This document shows positions 1 to 10,420 of a stretch of DNA of 64,000 nucleotides, piece after piece. The notes under the pieces were generated by a model. The model had not been told where the DNA came from. It searched no databases and was given only the letters and a program-made list of their open reading frames with translations. Each line of letters opens with the position of its first letter. Position 1 is the first letter of the stretch. Source of the DNA: a virus (Duplodnaviria > Caudoviricetes); the IMG/VR virus record IMGVR_UViG_3300014039_000028, positions 14,387 to 78,386 of that record; one strand, written 5' to 3'. A program made the translations under genes and the position numbers.

Positions 1-21
1 GCAGCCGCCGCATTTGAACTT

Positions 22-687
22 ATGCAATCCTCATTGCCGCCGAAGTTTGCCCGCCTGTCGTGGTGTCAGTGCCTTGACGAAATGGACAAGCTCGGCAACG
101 GCAGTCCTTTTTTGGAACCAGTTCTCAATGTTGTAGCAAAAGCGTTAAGGCTCGAAAGAATCAAACTGCCTGACGGCGCATACGGGTATCAGCTTTCCAC
201 CCTGCGGAAAGAGGGCACTCTTATGGGCATTTACATCAGGGAGCACGAAACTGTTCTGACCATCCAGATGATGGATGAGGTACGGCAGATAATCGCCGCC
301 CAAAACGACTACCAGCTTCCGGACGAAAAATGGAACCCGGAACTGGTCGCGGCAGAGCAGTACCTAAACAGCCAAAATATGCCAAAGCTCGATATTGAGA
401 TCGAGGCGTGGGTCTATTCCGTAGCCGCAAATGTGGGAAAAGATGCAGACGAGCTATGGGATTGGCCGATACGCAAGTTCAGAGGATTCGACAGAGCAAT
501 CGACAGAACCCTCGGTTACCAAATCTACACGTTGGCTCAAGCGGTCGGGTTCACGAAGTTTGAGAAAGGCGCGCCTTATCCGACGTGGAAATTCGACAGG
601 ATTTCGGAGCTGCCTGCCGGATTCAAGACACTGACACAGCTCGAAGCCAAGGCAAAGGGGCAACTCCCTGAGCCGATGTCACAATAA
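22..687 (+). CDS. Phage tail-associated protein, possibly tail assembly chaperone
   Basis: 221-aa ORF directly upstream of the major tail gene; function from position only. Confidence 0.4.
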   Translation: MQSSLPPKFARLSWCQCLDEMDKLGNGSPFLEPVLNVVAKALRLERIKLPDGAYGYQLSTLRKEGTLMGIYIREHETVLTIQMMDEVRQIIAAQNDYQLPDEKWNPELVAAEQYLNSQNMPKLDIEIEAWVYSVAANVGKDADELWDWPIRKFRGFDRAIDRTLGYQIYTLAQAVGFTKFEKGAPYPTWKFDRISELPAGFKTLTQLEAKAKGQLPEPMSQ

Positions 688-703
688 CAAGGAGTGATAC
701 ATA

Positions 704-1828
704 ATGTATTCTTTCAACCCTCAGTATGAGTTTTCCAAGGGAATCGTGTACTTTGAGGCGTTCGATGTCGCTACCGACGATCTTGTCGGCTTCTCCAAGT
801 ACGTAACCGACTTTTCTCCCGCGGGCAGCATGAATGACGGCGCAGTTGAAGGCGGCCCCGGCAACATGCTTATCATCAACATTCCCGACACCTCCCGTCT
901 GACCTTCACGGCCAAGACCGCCGACTCCGCGCTGAACAACATGGCGCTGACTATCGGCCAGAGCCTGACCGGCAACGGCGTTGTGGAGACCTCGAAGCCC
1001 GTTGTAGCAAACGGTGCGGCGCTGACCATAACCGGTGCTGTGGCTCCCCTCGGCGGTCAGAACGGTGCTGTGGCCTATATTCTCGGTTCTACCGGCAATG
1101 ACAAGGACACTGTGGCAGCGAACAGCGGCAAGGCTTATAAGGTCGGCAGCGACGGCACCATTCAGGGCTTCACCGCTGTTTCCGGCAACACCTACTGTGT
1201 GAAGTATTTCGTGCAGAACAGCTCTGCTCTGCAGCTCGCAGTTCCCGCGCTGTTCCAGCCGAAGGTCGTTCGAGTTCACTTTGCGGTCAACATCTACGCC
1301 AAGAACGGCGGCGGCGATGCGAAGAACTCTTCCCTCTTCAAGATTCGCCACTACTACATCCCCTACTACTTCTTCACCGGCGCGCTGTCCGACACCATCA
1401 ACCAGACCACTCCTGGTTCTGTTGACCTGTCCGGCAACTGCCTGACCGCTGATGAAGTCGGCACCGATGTCTGCGCAAGCAACGCCATGCCGAACTACTG
1501 CTACATCGTTGATGAGTTCGTCTCCGGCACTTCCACCGGTTCCGTCGAGGGCATCTATTTTGTCGGTGCTGGCGCAGGTGTTTCCGTGGCAAGCAGCGAG
1601 ACCACCGAGCTTGTCGCCAAGTACGATGTTGCCGGTAATCTCACCAACATCTCCGACATGAGTGAGGTCACGTTCTCCACTGCGGCGGAGGGAACTGCCA
1701 AGTTCAACGACCCGCACTCTCCTGTGCTGACCGGCGTAGCCGCTGGCACCACCACGGCCACTGTCACCGTGACCAACAGCATTTCCAAGGTGACCTACAC
1801 CGACACAATCCCCGTAACCGTCACCTAA
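704..1828 (+). CDS. Major tail (tube) protein with C-terminal Ig-like domain
   Basis: 374 aa, Gly/Thr/Ser/Val-rich beta composition, ends ...YTDTIPVTVT; RBS AGGAG; followed by terminator; upstream of tape measure. Confidence 0.65.
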   Translation: MYSFNPQYEFSKGIVYFEAFDVATDDLVGFSKYVTDFSPAGSMNDGAVEGGPGNMLIINIPDTSRLTFTAKTADSALNNMALTIGQSLTGNGVVETSKPVVANGAALTITGAVAPLGGQNGAVAYILGSTGNDKDTVAANSGKAYKVGSDGTIQGFTAVSGNTYCVKYFVQNSSALQLAVPALFQPKVVRVHFAVNIYAKNGGGDAKNSSLFKIRHYYIPYYFFTGALSDTINQTTPGSVDLSGNCLTADEVGTDVCASNAMPNYCYIVDEFVSGTSTGSVEGIYFVGAGAGVSVASSETTELVAKYDVAGNLTNISDMSEVTFSTAAEGTAKFNDPHSPVLTGVAAGTTTATVTVTNSISKVTYTDTIPVTVT

Positions 1829-1837
1829 ATCAAAATA

Positions 1838-1863
1838 AAGCCCCCGGCGCAAGTCGGGGGCTT
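1838..1863 (+). terminator. Intrinsic terminator hairpin
   Basis: AAGCCCCCG-gcgcaagt-CGGGGGCTT. Confidence 0.7.
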
Positions 1864-1923
1864 ATCCAAGACAGATGAATGATTCTTTCAACAAGGGATT
1901 ATTCCTGTGTTTTGGAGGGCAAT

Positions 1924-2352
1924 ATGAGCGTTTTACAAGATTATTTGCAGATTCGCGGATTGCTAGATTCGGCCATTGAAAATGCACTAAGAGGCAGCGT
2001 TGCTGATGGGCTAAAAGAAGCAATACAGAAAAAGGCAAAAGAAAATGTTTACAGCTACCCTGCGTCTCCATCCGCTATGTACAAGCGGCGCGAAGAAAAT
2101 GGAGGTCTCATTGATGACACGACCATGCTGACCACCGTCGATGGATTGACACTGACACTGGAAAACACAGCAGAGCCGCAGCACGCCGACGGCATTGATC
2201 TCACTCCAATCGTCGAGGAGGGCGATCCTGCTTGGCATCAGCCCTTTGCTCGTCCCTTTATGGATGAAGCGCGAGACGAATACGTGGACGATGGAAAGGC
2301 CGACAGCGACATTGCAAAAGAACTAAAAGCTATGGGATTTACGGTTTCTTAG
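1924..2352 (+). CDS. Putative tail component, HK97 gp10-like
   Basis: RBS GGAGGG before ATG 1924; ...PFARPFMDEARDE motif resembles gp10-like proteins. Confidence 0.45.
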   Translation: MSVLQDYLQIRGLLDSAIENALRGSVADGLKEAIQKKAKENVYSYPASPSAMYKRREENGGLIDDTTMLTTVDGLTLTLENTAEPQHADGIDLTPIVEEGDPAWHQPFARPFMDEARDEYVDDGKADSDIAKELKAMGFTVS

Positions 2353-2506
2353 GCGGATTTGCAGGCTTTGGAGAGGACTTTTTCTTGGTTTTCGAGGGCT
2401 TATCAGTCCGCAGCATAGCAGCAAGCGCCCACTGCTGGCCGAGAGACATACCTCCTTGACCTTGCGCGAAAGCTTGAGAGGCCATTTGGGATTCATCCCA
2501 ATTCAT
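2339..2506 (-). CDS. 55-aa antisense moron peptide (MNWDESQMASQAFAQGQGGMSLGQQWALAAMLRTDKPSKTKKKSSPKPANPPKKP); not in ORF track
   Basis: Hand-translated; RBS AAAGGGAG; own consensus promoter; internal second RBS AAGGAGGT-ATG. Confidence 0.65.
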   Translation of the reverse strand: MNWDESQMASQAFAQGQGGMSLGQQWALAAMLRTDKPSKTKKKSSPKPANPPKKP

Positions 2507-2529
2507 GATATCAACTCCCTTCTATATAG

Positions 2530-2558
2530 ATTATACACTATGCGCCGTTATGTTGCAA
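2530..2558 (-). promoter_or_regulatory. Sigma-A promoter of the antisense moron
   Basis: TTGCAA-17 bp-TATAAT on the minus strand. Confidence 0.7.
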
Positions 2559-2575
2559 GCGGAGGATAACGCCGA

Positions 2576-5500
2576 ATGAGCACAATAGTACAGATACAAG
2601 TAAATGTAAATGACGCAAAAGCGATAGCCTCGCTGACCAACATAGAGAACATCGGCAAAAGACTGAGCAGCACACCGATAGAGATAAAGGTCAACGCCGG
2701 GGCTGTTGACAAAGTCTCAAAGTCGGTTATCCAGCTGGCAAAAGAGCAGACCAAACAGGCTACTGCAAGCGCAAAGCAGGCAGCGGCAGAAGCCAAGGTT
2801 CAGGTCGCGCAGGAAAAAACGAAGCAAACTTCTAACAGACTTGCCGCACAACAAGAGAAAACCGCGCAGTCGGCCAATAGATTGGCTACTGGACAGACCA
2901 AAGCCGCATCCGCAACGCAAAAAGCGGGCACCGAGGCGCAGAAAACTTCGGCGCTGACCGACCTGCTGGGAGACAGCCTTGGCCGTATCGTTGCAAAACA
3001 GGCCGCATGGCAGCTTATAGGCAACGGCATTACCGCTGTAAAGAACTCTTTTGTTGAAGCTCTTTCCACCATGAAAGAGGTCGACAGTGAGCTTGCGACC
3101 GTGCGCAAGGTAACCGGCATGACCAAGGACGAGATGAATGCTCTTGGCGAATCGGCGTATTCCACCGCATCTAAGTACGGCGTTGCAGCAAACGAGTACC
3201 TCCAGAACGTTTCTACTTTCGCCCGTGCAGGTTACAAAGAAGCCGCACAGGGTCTTGGCGAGTTGGCCATAAAGACGCAGCTTGTCGGCGACACGGATCA
3301 GGAGACAGCATCGCAGTTTCTCCTTTCGGCTGATGCAGCGTGGAAATATCACGGCAATGTTGAAAAGCTTTCCCTCGCGCTGGATGAAGCCAACACCATA
3401 GACAACAACTATGCAACATCCATCCAGAAAATAGCTGAAGGCTTGCCAATCGTTGCCAATGTTGCCTCGATGGCAGGAATGTCCATGGAAGAAACCATGG
3501 CCATGCTTGGCACAATCACCGCCACTACGCAGGAGAGCGGTACAAAGGCGGCAACTGCGGCCAGAGCGCTTATTCTCAACATTCTGGGTGACACCACTAC
3601 TGAAATTTCGGATGGTGTAACAGCAACCGAGGAATCTGTACAGTCCCTTAATGGCATACTCCAGAAGTACGCCCCCGACGTTGTCGCTGCGGCAGAGGCC
3701 ACGGGGAAGCTTATAAACCCGATGGAAGCCATCGAGGCGCTGTCAAAGGCGGCAAAGGACGGTTTAATCTCCGAAGCCGATTTGATGCAGATGGTTTCTG
3801 CTCTCGGCGGAAAACTCCGCACGAACCAGCTCCTTGCGCTCCTTGAAAACTTTGATATGTACAAAAGCATGTTGGCTGATATGGGCGTCGCCGCAGGCAG
3901 CGCCGATCAAGAAGTCAGCGTCATGCTCGATACTTGGGACGCAAAGGCAAATATTCTCAAGAACACATGGACTGAGTTCATCTCCAACATGGTCGATACC
4001 AGCCTTATAAAAGGCGCTCTCGATGTCATTACCGGACTTGTCAAGGCTCTTGACAGTGGTTTTGGACACCTCGTGATTACCGTAGCTGGCGTAACGGCAA
4101 CCTTTGCCGTACTGAGCAGCGGATTAAAAGCGCTAAAAGCTGGAGTAGCTGAGCTTGCCTTGTCACAAGGCCCGTTAGCAGCCGGGATAACGATGACTAC
4201 GGGCGCACTTGATGTATTAACTGGTGCGATGCTTAAAAGCCCGCTGTTTTGGGTAGGGGCTGCCACGGCGGTGATTTACAGCATAGTAAAAGCCGTGGAT
4301 GCGCTTACAGTCACCTATGAAGAGCAGGCACAAATCTTGTCTGACCTTGAATCAGAGTATGAGGCTACCTACGGCGAGGGAACGCGCTTCGACGAACTCA
4401 AGAAGAAGGTTGGCGAACTGACAGTTGCTGAGCAGAATGAATATAACATTCTGAAAATGCGCAACGACGAGGCAGAGCGTCAACTCAAGCTCGCACGTGA
4501 TGCAGAGTACGACAAGTGGATGAATGAAAACTGGAGTAAAAAGACCGCAGTTTCTTCGGACACTTTTAGCAGCAAAGCGGGGCAATCGTCCACTGCTGGT
4601 GCAGACACTGTAAGCAAGTTTAGGAGCGAGTTGGCAGCCGCCCATGACGAATACGCTAAAGGCGAAACTACACTAACCGAGTATAGGAACGCGATCCTCG
4701 ACATTGCGTCAAACTACGACGATCTCTATGACAAGCTTTCCGATTACAAAAAGGATGGCCGCGAGCTCGGCGAGGACGCAGAGAATCTCATTAAAACATA
4801 TGAAGCTGTCGCAAAGCAAGCCAACGATATCGACACTGGCGGAATAGACGCGGAAGCGGATTCCTTCGAGGAAGTAAAGAGCTCGGTCGATGCGGCGACA
4901 GAAGCTTTACAGAGGTACAACGCCGAATTAGAGCAGCTTGGCAACCGGGAAGAAAATGCCAACGCAATCCAGTCTGCATTTAACAAAGCAGTCGAGGATT
5001 TTGGTCAAGGCAAACTCGGCTCGTCTTACATCCGCAGCGTCGTGGATATGATCCTCCCTCCTGATGTATTCCGGGAACTCGGATACAGTTACGAAAAAGG
5101 GATGGACGAAATCCTCAACGGTGTTACTGGTAGAGTTCTTTCGAGCGATAACATAGGGACTGCTTGGTATAACGAACTTCTGGCCGTGCGGGATAGTGGT
5201 GTCCTCGACGGAATTGTCGAGTTCGACGATAGCGGTGCAATAAAAACTATCGCATCCTATAAAAAAGTCGCGGAAGCAATGCAAACGACAGAAGCTTTCG
5301 CTCAGGCGGCAACTGAACACTTGATGTCTCAACAAGATGGGCTTACATTCACCGGTGAACAGGCTGCTAATATAATTGACCAACTCAATGCAAAACTTAA
5401 AGAGAACGGCACGACCGTAAAAGACGGTCAAGCTGGTTTTGAGGCTTTTGTGGATGCATTGTCTTCCGTTACGGGCTTTACCACTGAGGGCACATTGTTC

Positions 5501-7180
5501 GAGGCCATTGAAGGCCTCAGCAATGCGGGAGCGATAGACTGGAATACACTCCTTGGTGTCAATTCCGCCGAAGAAGGTTTGCAGCGAGTAAAAGAACTCT
5601 TTGCAGAGATAAAAGAGTCTAAGGACGACGCTTCGTCAGGCGGAGAAGACATTATCCCTAAGCTTAATATACAGGGACTCAAATCTGTGCCGGAGCTGTA
5701 TAACGAGATTGCAAAAGCGAAAGACAACGCTAGTGGCGATGTCGACGGTTCAGTAAACCTTTCCGGTGCAGCAGAGGCCGAGCAACAACTTGGCGATGTT
5801 AAGCAAGCGAAGGATGACGCAAGTGGTTCCGCAGATGTCGAAACAGGCGCGTCCGGTGCAGCAGAAGCGGAGAGCGAACTGCGCGGCGTTGGTGACGCAG
5901 CAAATGAAATCCCTGATTCCAAGCAGATACGCGTTGCTGTCAGAGACAACGCAAGCGGCGTACTCAATGCAATCTATTCACGCCTTGCCTCGATTCGGAG
6001 CAAAACCGTCACGATCACCACAATAGAGAAAAAATACAAGCAAACAGCAAGCGGTGCCCTCATCCCCACTAACGCGGGCGGCACTCAAAATTCTCCCGGT
6101 GGTCGCGCGGTAGTCAACGACGGTGCTCCCGTTAATGGCAGTTCGGCAGAACTTATCGTGGACAACGGCGATGCCTATATTGCAAACGGCGGCAAAATGG
6201 CAATTGTCGACTTGTCCCCCGGCGCTAAAGTCTACACGGCTAAACAGACGCAGGACATGCTCACCGGCGAGAAGGAAGAAATTCCGATGCACGCAGGTGG
6301 GGCGCTCATTCCAAGCTCTGGCGGCAATGGTGGCGTCTACGGTGGTGACCACAGCGGTGGAACTGGCGTCGGTGGCAGTACAGCCAGCAACACCGAAGAG
6401 GATGATCCGCTTAAAAAGGAAGTCAGTGAAAAGCTCGACAACATAGACAAGCAGATTGAGCTTGCCCGGAACCGGAATGACCGAGCCAAAGAACAGGCTT
6501 TGCAGGAGCAGGCTGCGAAGATGGTTCGAGATTTCGTACAGCAGTACCTCGACAACGGGTACAGCAATACGTCAAATGAAGTTCTCGACCTTCTGAACCG
6601 CGGTTACGGCTACTCTGATGACCTTATGAGCGAGTTGGTCGACTCCTTGGAAGCCCTCACCGATTCGACTAATGCGGCCAACAAGCTTGCAGAGAAGCAG
6701 CAGGCCGTTGATAAGGCACGGCAGGAGCTTGAGAACGCAAAAAAACAGCGCACGGTCAGAATCTATAACCCCGCCACTGGACAGTGGGAATGGGCGGCCA
6801 AGGCTGACGATATCCTCAAAGCTCAAGAAAATCTGGAAAAGGCCGAGAAAGACTATCAGGACACCAAAATTGAGCAGGAACTTGAGGCGCTCAAGAACGG
6901 CAACATCGGCGATATAGGTGACCTGACCATGAGTCCGGCGCTGCGAGAACTGATAGCGAACGCGAGCGACGAAGAGCAAAAGCGCATTGCCGATATTCTG
7001 CACGCCATTTCAGGCGGTGCAAAGAACACTACTGATACTACCGGCGAGAGCATCTTCCGCAGCACCGATAGCCATGACGTATACTACCAGTTCGGCGATT
7101 TGAAGCTCTCCGAAACAGAGGCAAAGAATATGACCGTCAAGGAGCTTGCCGAAATGCTCAAGGCCTTGAAGCTCACTTAA
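2576..7180 (+). CDS. Tail tape measure protein
   Basis: 1534 aa, Ala-rich helical, TP901-like core (EVDSELATVRKVTGM), hydrophobic mid segment. Confidence 0.92.
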   Translation: MSTIVQIQVNVNDAKAIASLTNIENIGKRLSSTPIEIKVNAGAVDKVSKSVIQLAKEQTKQATASAKQAAAEAKVQVAQEKTKQTSNRLAAQQEKTAQSANRLATGQTKAASATQKAGTEAQKTSALTDLLGDSLGRIVAKQAAWQLIGNGITAVKNSFVEALSTMKEVDSELATVRKVTGMTKDEMNALGESAYSTASKYGVAANEYLQNVSTFARAGYKEAAQGLGELAIKTQLVGDTDQETASQFLLSADAAWKYHGNVEKLSLALDEANTIDNNYATSIQKIAEGLPIVANVASMAGMSMEETMAMLGTITATTQESGTKAATAARALILNILGDTTTEISDGVTATEESVQSLNGILQKYAPDVVAAAEATGKLINPMEAIEALSKAAKDGLISEADLMQMVSALGGKLRTNQLLALLENFDMYKSMLADMGVAAGSADQEVSVMLDTWDAKANILKNTWTEFISNMVDTSLIKGALDVITGLVKALDSGFGHLVITVAGVTATFAVLSSGLKALKAGVAELALSQGPLAAGITMTTGALDVLTGAMLKSPLFWVGAATAVIYSIVKAVDALTVTYEEQAQILSDLESEYEATYGEGTRFDELKKKVGELTVAEQNEYNILKMRNDEAERQLKLARDAEYDKWMNENWSKKTAVSSDTFSSKAGQSSTAGADTVSKFRSELAAAHDEYAKGETTLTEYRNAILDIASNYDDLYDKLSDYKKDGRELGEDAENLIKTYEAVAKQANDIDTGGIDAEADSFEEVKSSVDAATEALQRYNAELEQLGNREENANAIQSAFNKAVEDFGQGKLGSSYIRSVVDMILPPDVFRELGYSYEKGMDEILNGVTGRVLSSDNIGTAWYNELLAVRDSGVLDGIVEFDDSGAIKTIASYKKVAEAMQTTEAFAQAATEHLMSQQDGLTFTGEQAANIIDQLNAKLKENGTTVKDGQAGFEAFVDALSSVTGFTTEGTLFEAIEGLSNAGAIDWNTLLGVNSAEEGLQRVKELFAEIKESKDDASSGGEDIIPKLNIQGLKSVPELYNEIAKAKDNASGDVDGSVNLSGAAEAEQQLGDVKQAKDDASGSADVETGASGAAEAESELRGVGDAANEIPDSKQIRVAVRDNASGVLNAIYSRLASIRSKTVTITTIEKKYKQTASGALIPTNAGGTQNSPGGRAVVNDGAPVNGSSAELIVDNGDAYIANGGKMAIVDLSPGAKVYTAKQTQDMLTGEKEEIPMHAGGALIPSSGGNGGVYGGDHSGGTGVGGSTASNTEEDDPLKKEVSEKLDNIDKQIELARNRNDRAKEQALQEQAAKMVRDFVQQYLDNGYSNTSNEVLDLLNRGYGYSDDLMSELVDSLEALTDSTNAANKLAEKQQAVDKARQELENAKKQRTVRIYNPATGQWEWAAKADDILKAQENLEKAEKDYQDTKIEQELEALKNGNIGDIGDLTMSPALRELIANASDEEQKRIADILHAISGGAKNTTDTTGESIFRSTDSHDVYYQFGDLKLSETEAKNMTVKELAEMLKALKLT

Positions 7181-7190
7181 ATCGGGAGAC

Positions 7191-7475
7191 GTGAATATGC
7201 TTGAAGGAATCATAGAGTTTTGGAATGCACTGAAACCCAAGGTGGAGCAGACAGTAAACGAGAAAACCGGGAACTGTCTGCGCGTGGACAGGTTCGATGT
7301 CGTAGCCGCTCCGAGCGATGGGAAGATATCTGTGCGTCAGCCATACGGTCGCACGATATCTATCCCGTACTGCGAAGAGGTCGCAGCCGCCCAAGCCGGA
7401 GACACCGTGCTTGTCATTTGGTGGGGCAGCCTGTCGACCGGCAAAGCATGGTGCTTCGGCGACGGGCCGAAGTGA
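7191..7475 (+). CDS. Small tail protein
   Basis: 94 aa directly after tape measure; (A)GDTVLV motif. Confidence 0.5.
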   Translation: MNMLEGIIEFWNALKPKVEQTVNEKTGNCLRVDRFDVVAAPSDGKISVRQPYGRTISIPYCEEVAAAQAGDTVLVIWWGSLSTGKAWCFGDGPK

Positions 7476-7491
7476 CGGGAGGTGAGAAACT

Positions 7492-9132
7492 TTGCTTTTC
7501 CAGCCATCAAACATAAGCCCTGATGAAATTAACAGCAGCGGGACAGTAGACCTGACGCAGCCGCTGGACATAAGCTGGCAGGTCAATGGAGACTCCCCCA
7601 TGCTAGCGTACCAAATCGTTTTTTACACGAATAATTCTGCTTCTACCAAGAAGTATGATACGGGCAAAGTCTTACTGACAACGCCGTTTTGGGGCGTGAA
7701 TTATGCGGGCGAGACTCAATTCTATACCGTAACGATACCCAAAGCAACATTGAGCGCAAACGGCATTACAAACGGCAATGAGTACAAGTTCGTAATAACC
7801 CAATGGTGGAGCGGCACTGCTTCGGTAACACAATCGACCGCATCGCTGCTTCTCGGTCGGAGCACCCCCACAGTCAAAATATCCGCTATAAGCAATCCAC
7901 TGACAGGGTATTCTGCCACATTCACCGGAACGTATTCACAGGCACAGGGCGATGCTCTTGCATGGGTGCGGTGGCGCATATGCGAAGTTGATAGCGAAGG
8001 CAACCGTGGCGATGCGTTTGTGGACACCGGCAAGATATACGGAACCGGTGAGTTGAGGGTCGACTACTCAGGATTTCTTAACGACACCAGTTACAGCATC
8101 GTCCTTGACGTTCAGACCGTAAACGGCGTTGATGCGTCAAGCGGCTGGGTAGATTTCCATGTTGAATACGAAGTATCCGAAGATTCGGGCGGCAGTGCAA
8201 GCGCCTGTCAGACCTCGGACGGAAGCGTGCTGGTAACTTGGGCGCAGATCGAAACGACTCAAGGTTACGACATCTATCGCAGAACGACCGGACAGAGCAA
8301 TCTTGAAAAGATCGTGACCGTCGGGCGGACAGTCGGGGAGATTCGAGATTGGAGTGCGTGTTCCGGGCAGGAATATACATATTATGTCTTCCCCACAGGC
8401 CCATTGGCATACCTCACTGCTGCAATCGTCACCAACGCCGTGAAAGTGCAGTTCTGGATGTGGAATATCATAGAAGCCACTCCCAATGCAGACGGCACAT
8501 ATACCGCTGTGGCAAGCTACTTCTTCCGCTTTGGCAGCGGCGGTGTGGCTGAGGGACAGTTCTCCAACAACAACTCCCCTACCCTGCAGAAGAACTTCAC
8601 CCGATACCCAACGCGGCAGCCAGAAACGCCTAATTACCTTACCGGCAGCGTCGGCGGTTATATTGGCAAGATAGGCAAGGATGCAACATACTCGGACACC
8701 TTGGCTCAGGCGCGGGCGCTGAGGAATCTCTCGACATCTGAAAACACCTTATTCCTGCGTGACCCCAAGGGGCATTTCCTTAACATCCACACCAATCAGC
8801 CGGTCACGGTAAGTGTAGACCACAAGAGCGTGGCCATGCCGCAGACTGTAACGGTAAGCTGGGCAGAAGTCGGGGATGCCACCGGGCTTAAGATAATCAA
8901 CTCGCCCGAAGCGACGTTCTGGCCGAGTGACGCCATTATATTTACCAGCATAAAGGTCGATCCGTCGACGGGTCGTCTTATATGGACTACCGAGGATGAT
9001 TATGAGTTAGGCTCCGTACTCAGTCTCAAGAACGGAAGACTCATTCAGACAACGACTGACGGCTTTACCGTTGCTGGACTCGAAATCATTGACGGCAACA
9101 CCCTTCAGGCGACTTTGAACGTGGGAGGGTGA
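7492..9132 (+). CDS. Tail/baseplate protein with fibronectin-III-like domain
   Basis: 546 aa, beta-rich, GYDIYRR...YTYYV motif. Confidence 0.6.
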   Translation: MLFQPSNISPDEINSSGTVDLTQPLDISWQVNGDSPMLAYQIVFYTNNSASTKKYDTGKVLLTTPFWGVNYAGETQFYTVTIPKATLSANGITNGNEYKFVITQWWSGTASVTQSTASLLLGRSTPTVKISAISNPLTGYSATFTGTYSQAQGDALAWVRWRICEVDSEGNRGDAFVDTGKIYGTGELRVDYSGFLNDTSYSIVLDVQTVNGVDASSGWVDFHVEYEVSEDSGGSASACQTSDGSVLVTWAQIETTQGYDIYRRTTGQSNLEKIVTVGRTVGEIRDWSACSGQEYTYYVFPTGPLAYLTAAIVTNAVKVQFWMWNIIEATPNADGTYTAVASYFFRFGSGGVAEGQFSNNNSPTLQKNFTRYPTRQPETPNYLTGSVGGYIGKIGKDATYSDTLAQARALRNLSTSENTLFLRDPKGHFLNIHTNQPVTVSVDHKSVAMPQTVTVSWAEVGDATGLKIINSPEATFWPSDAIIFTSIKVDPSTGRLIWTTEDDYELGSVLSLKNGRLIQTTTDGFTVAGLEIIDGNTLQATLNVGG

Positions 9133-9139
9133 GCGCAGA

Positions 9140-10414
9140 ATGTATAGCAAAAACTGGCAGCAATACCTTTCCACGTTAAAGACCGACTTCACAAAACTGG
9201 CAAAACTTGAGTTCCTGCAGCCAAACGGAAGCGTTGCCTTCGCTCTGGATAATCAGGTGGCGAACAAACGTTCCAAAGCCTTTATTCAAGAAGGTGACAT
9301 TACTGTGAACTTACAGAATGGCAGCCGCAGGCAGGTAAACATCTCCCTTGCAAACCTCGATGGAGCTTATGATTATGCGCTTAACAAGATATGGTTCGGG
9401 CAGCAGATCAGACTCTCCGAGGGGCTGATACTTCCGGACGGTACAGACTTCTATATCCCACAGGGAGTGTTCCTTGTGGAGAATCCGGAAGAGGCTTTCG
9501 AGCCGGGACTTCGGCAGGCCTCATATCAGCTGACCGACAAATGGGCAGCAATCGACGGAACACTTGGCGGCAACCTTGAGGGGGCTTACGGCATAAATGC
9601 AGGAACCAACATCTTTGCCGCCATAGCTTCCCTGCTCAGGCTCAACCGCTTTGATATGTCCGGAACGACGGGCGCGCCTATAGATGCAGTCGCACCGCTC
9701 TTTACCAGCTATTACAACGACAAGAAGCAGAAACTGACAGACGGCACAAGTGTGAGTTTGATAACCGCGCCTTACGACTATCTCAGTTCTGAGACAGGAA
9801 ATATCGGTGAGGTCATCCTTGGACTTGTAGAGATGCTGGCCGCTTGGGTCGGCTATAACCCGACCGGAAGGCTGGCTGTCGACCCGTCACAGGATGACAT
9901 CCTTGATACGTCGAAGCCTGTTTTGTGGGATTTCTCGATGGGCAAGCAGCTGATTGGCATCCGGTACGCGCCGAAGCCCGCCGAGGTCTACAACGACGTC
10001 ATTGTAGTTGGCGCGACGAACAACGAAAGCCTTACCGCCCGTGGCAGAGCGCAGAACCGCGACATTTCCTCTGACACCTGCATTAGCCGCATAGGGCTGA
10101 AAACCAAGCGACTTTCAATGAAGGACTATTACTCAGATGAAATGTGTCAGGCGTATGCCGAATGGCAGCTCAAGCGTTATGCCGTGCTGGGCAAGACTGT
10201 GACCTTGACCACGACACAGATGTTCCACATTGTGGAAAACCAGATCATAACCATACGGCGAGAGGACAAGCCCGGAGCGCCCACGGAGAGGCATCTTGTA
10301 CAGGGCTTCACGAGGCCGATAGGGCAGACGGGAACCATGACCATAAACGCAGTTTCAGTCAACGACTTCCCCATTGCTACAGCTGTCACAGACGATGAAA
10401 GAATAGGAGCGTGA
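9140..10414 (+). CDS. Tail hub/baseplate (Tal-like) protein
   Basis: 424 aa, VYNDVIVVG motif, position in tail module. Confidence 0.6.
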   Translation: MYSKNWQQYLSTLKTDFTKLAKLEFLQPNGSVAFALDNQVANKRSKAFIQEGDITVNLQNGSRRQVNISLANLDGAYDYALNKIWFGQQIRLSEGLILPDGTDFYIPQGVFLVENPEEAFEPGLRQASYQLTDKWAAIDGTLGGNLEGAYGINAGTNIFAAIASLLRLNRFDMSGTTGAPIDAVAPLFTSYYNDKKQKLTDGTSVSLITAPYDYLSSETGNIGEVILGLVEMLAAWVGYNPTGRLAVDPSQDDILDTSKPVLWDFSMGKQLIGIRYAPKPAEVYNDVIVVGATNNESLTARGRAQNRDISSDTCISRIGLKTKRLSMKDYYSDEMCQAYAEWQLKRYAVLGKTVTLTTTQMFHIVENQIITIRREDKPGAPTERHLVQGFTRPIGQTGTMTINAVSVNDFPIATAVTDDERIGA

Positions 10415-10420
10415 TAAGAG

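Noticed and set aside
623-1852. 409-aa minus-strand ORF (also 13886-14665 + and 29045-29881 -)
   Set aside because: Antisense shadows of real genes with biased codon usage; no RBS or motifs
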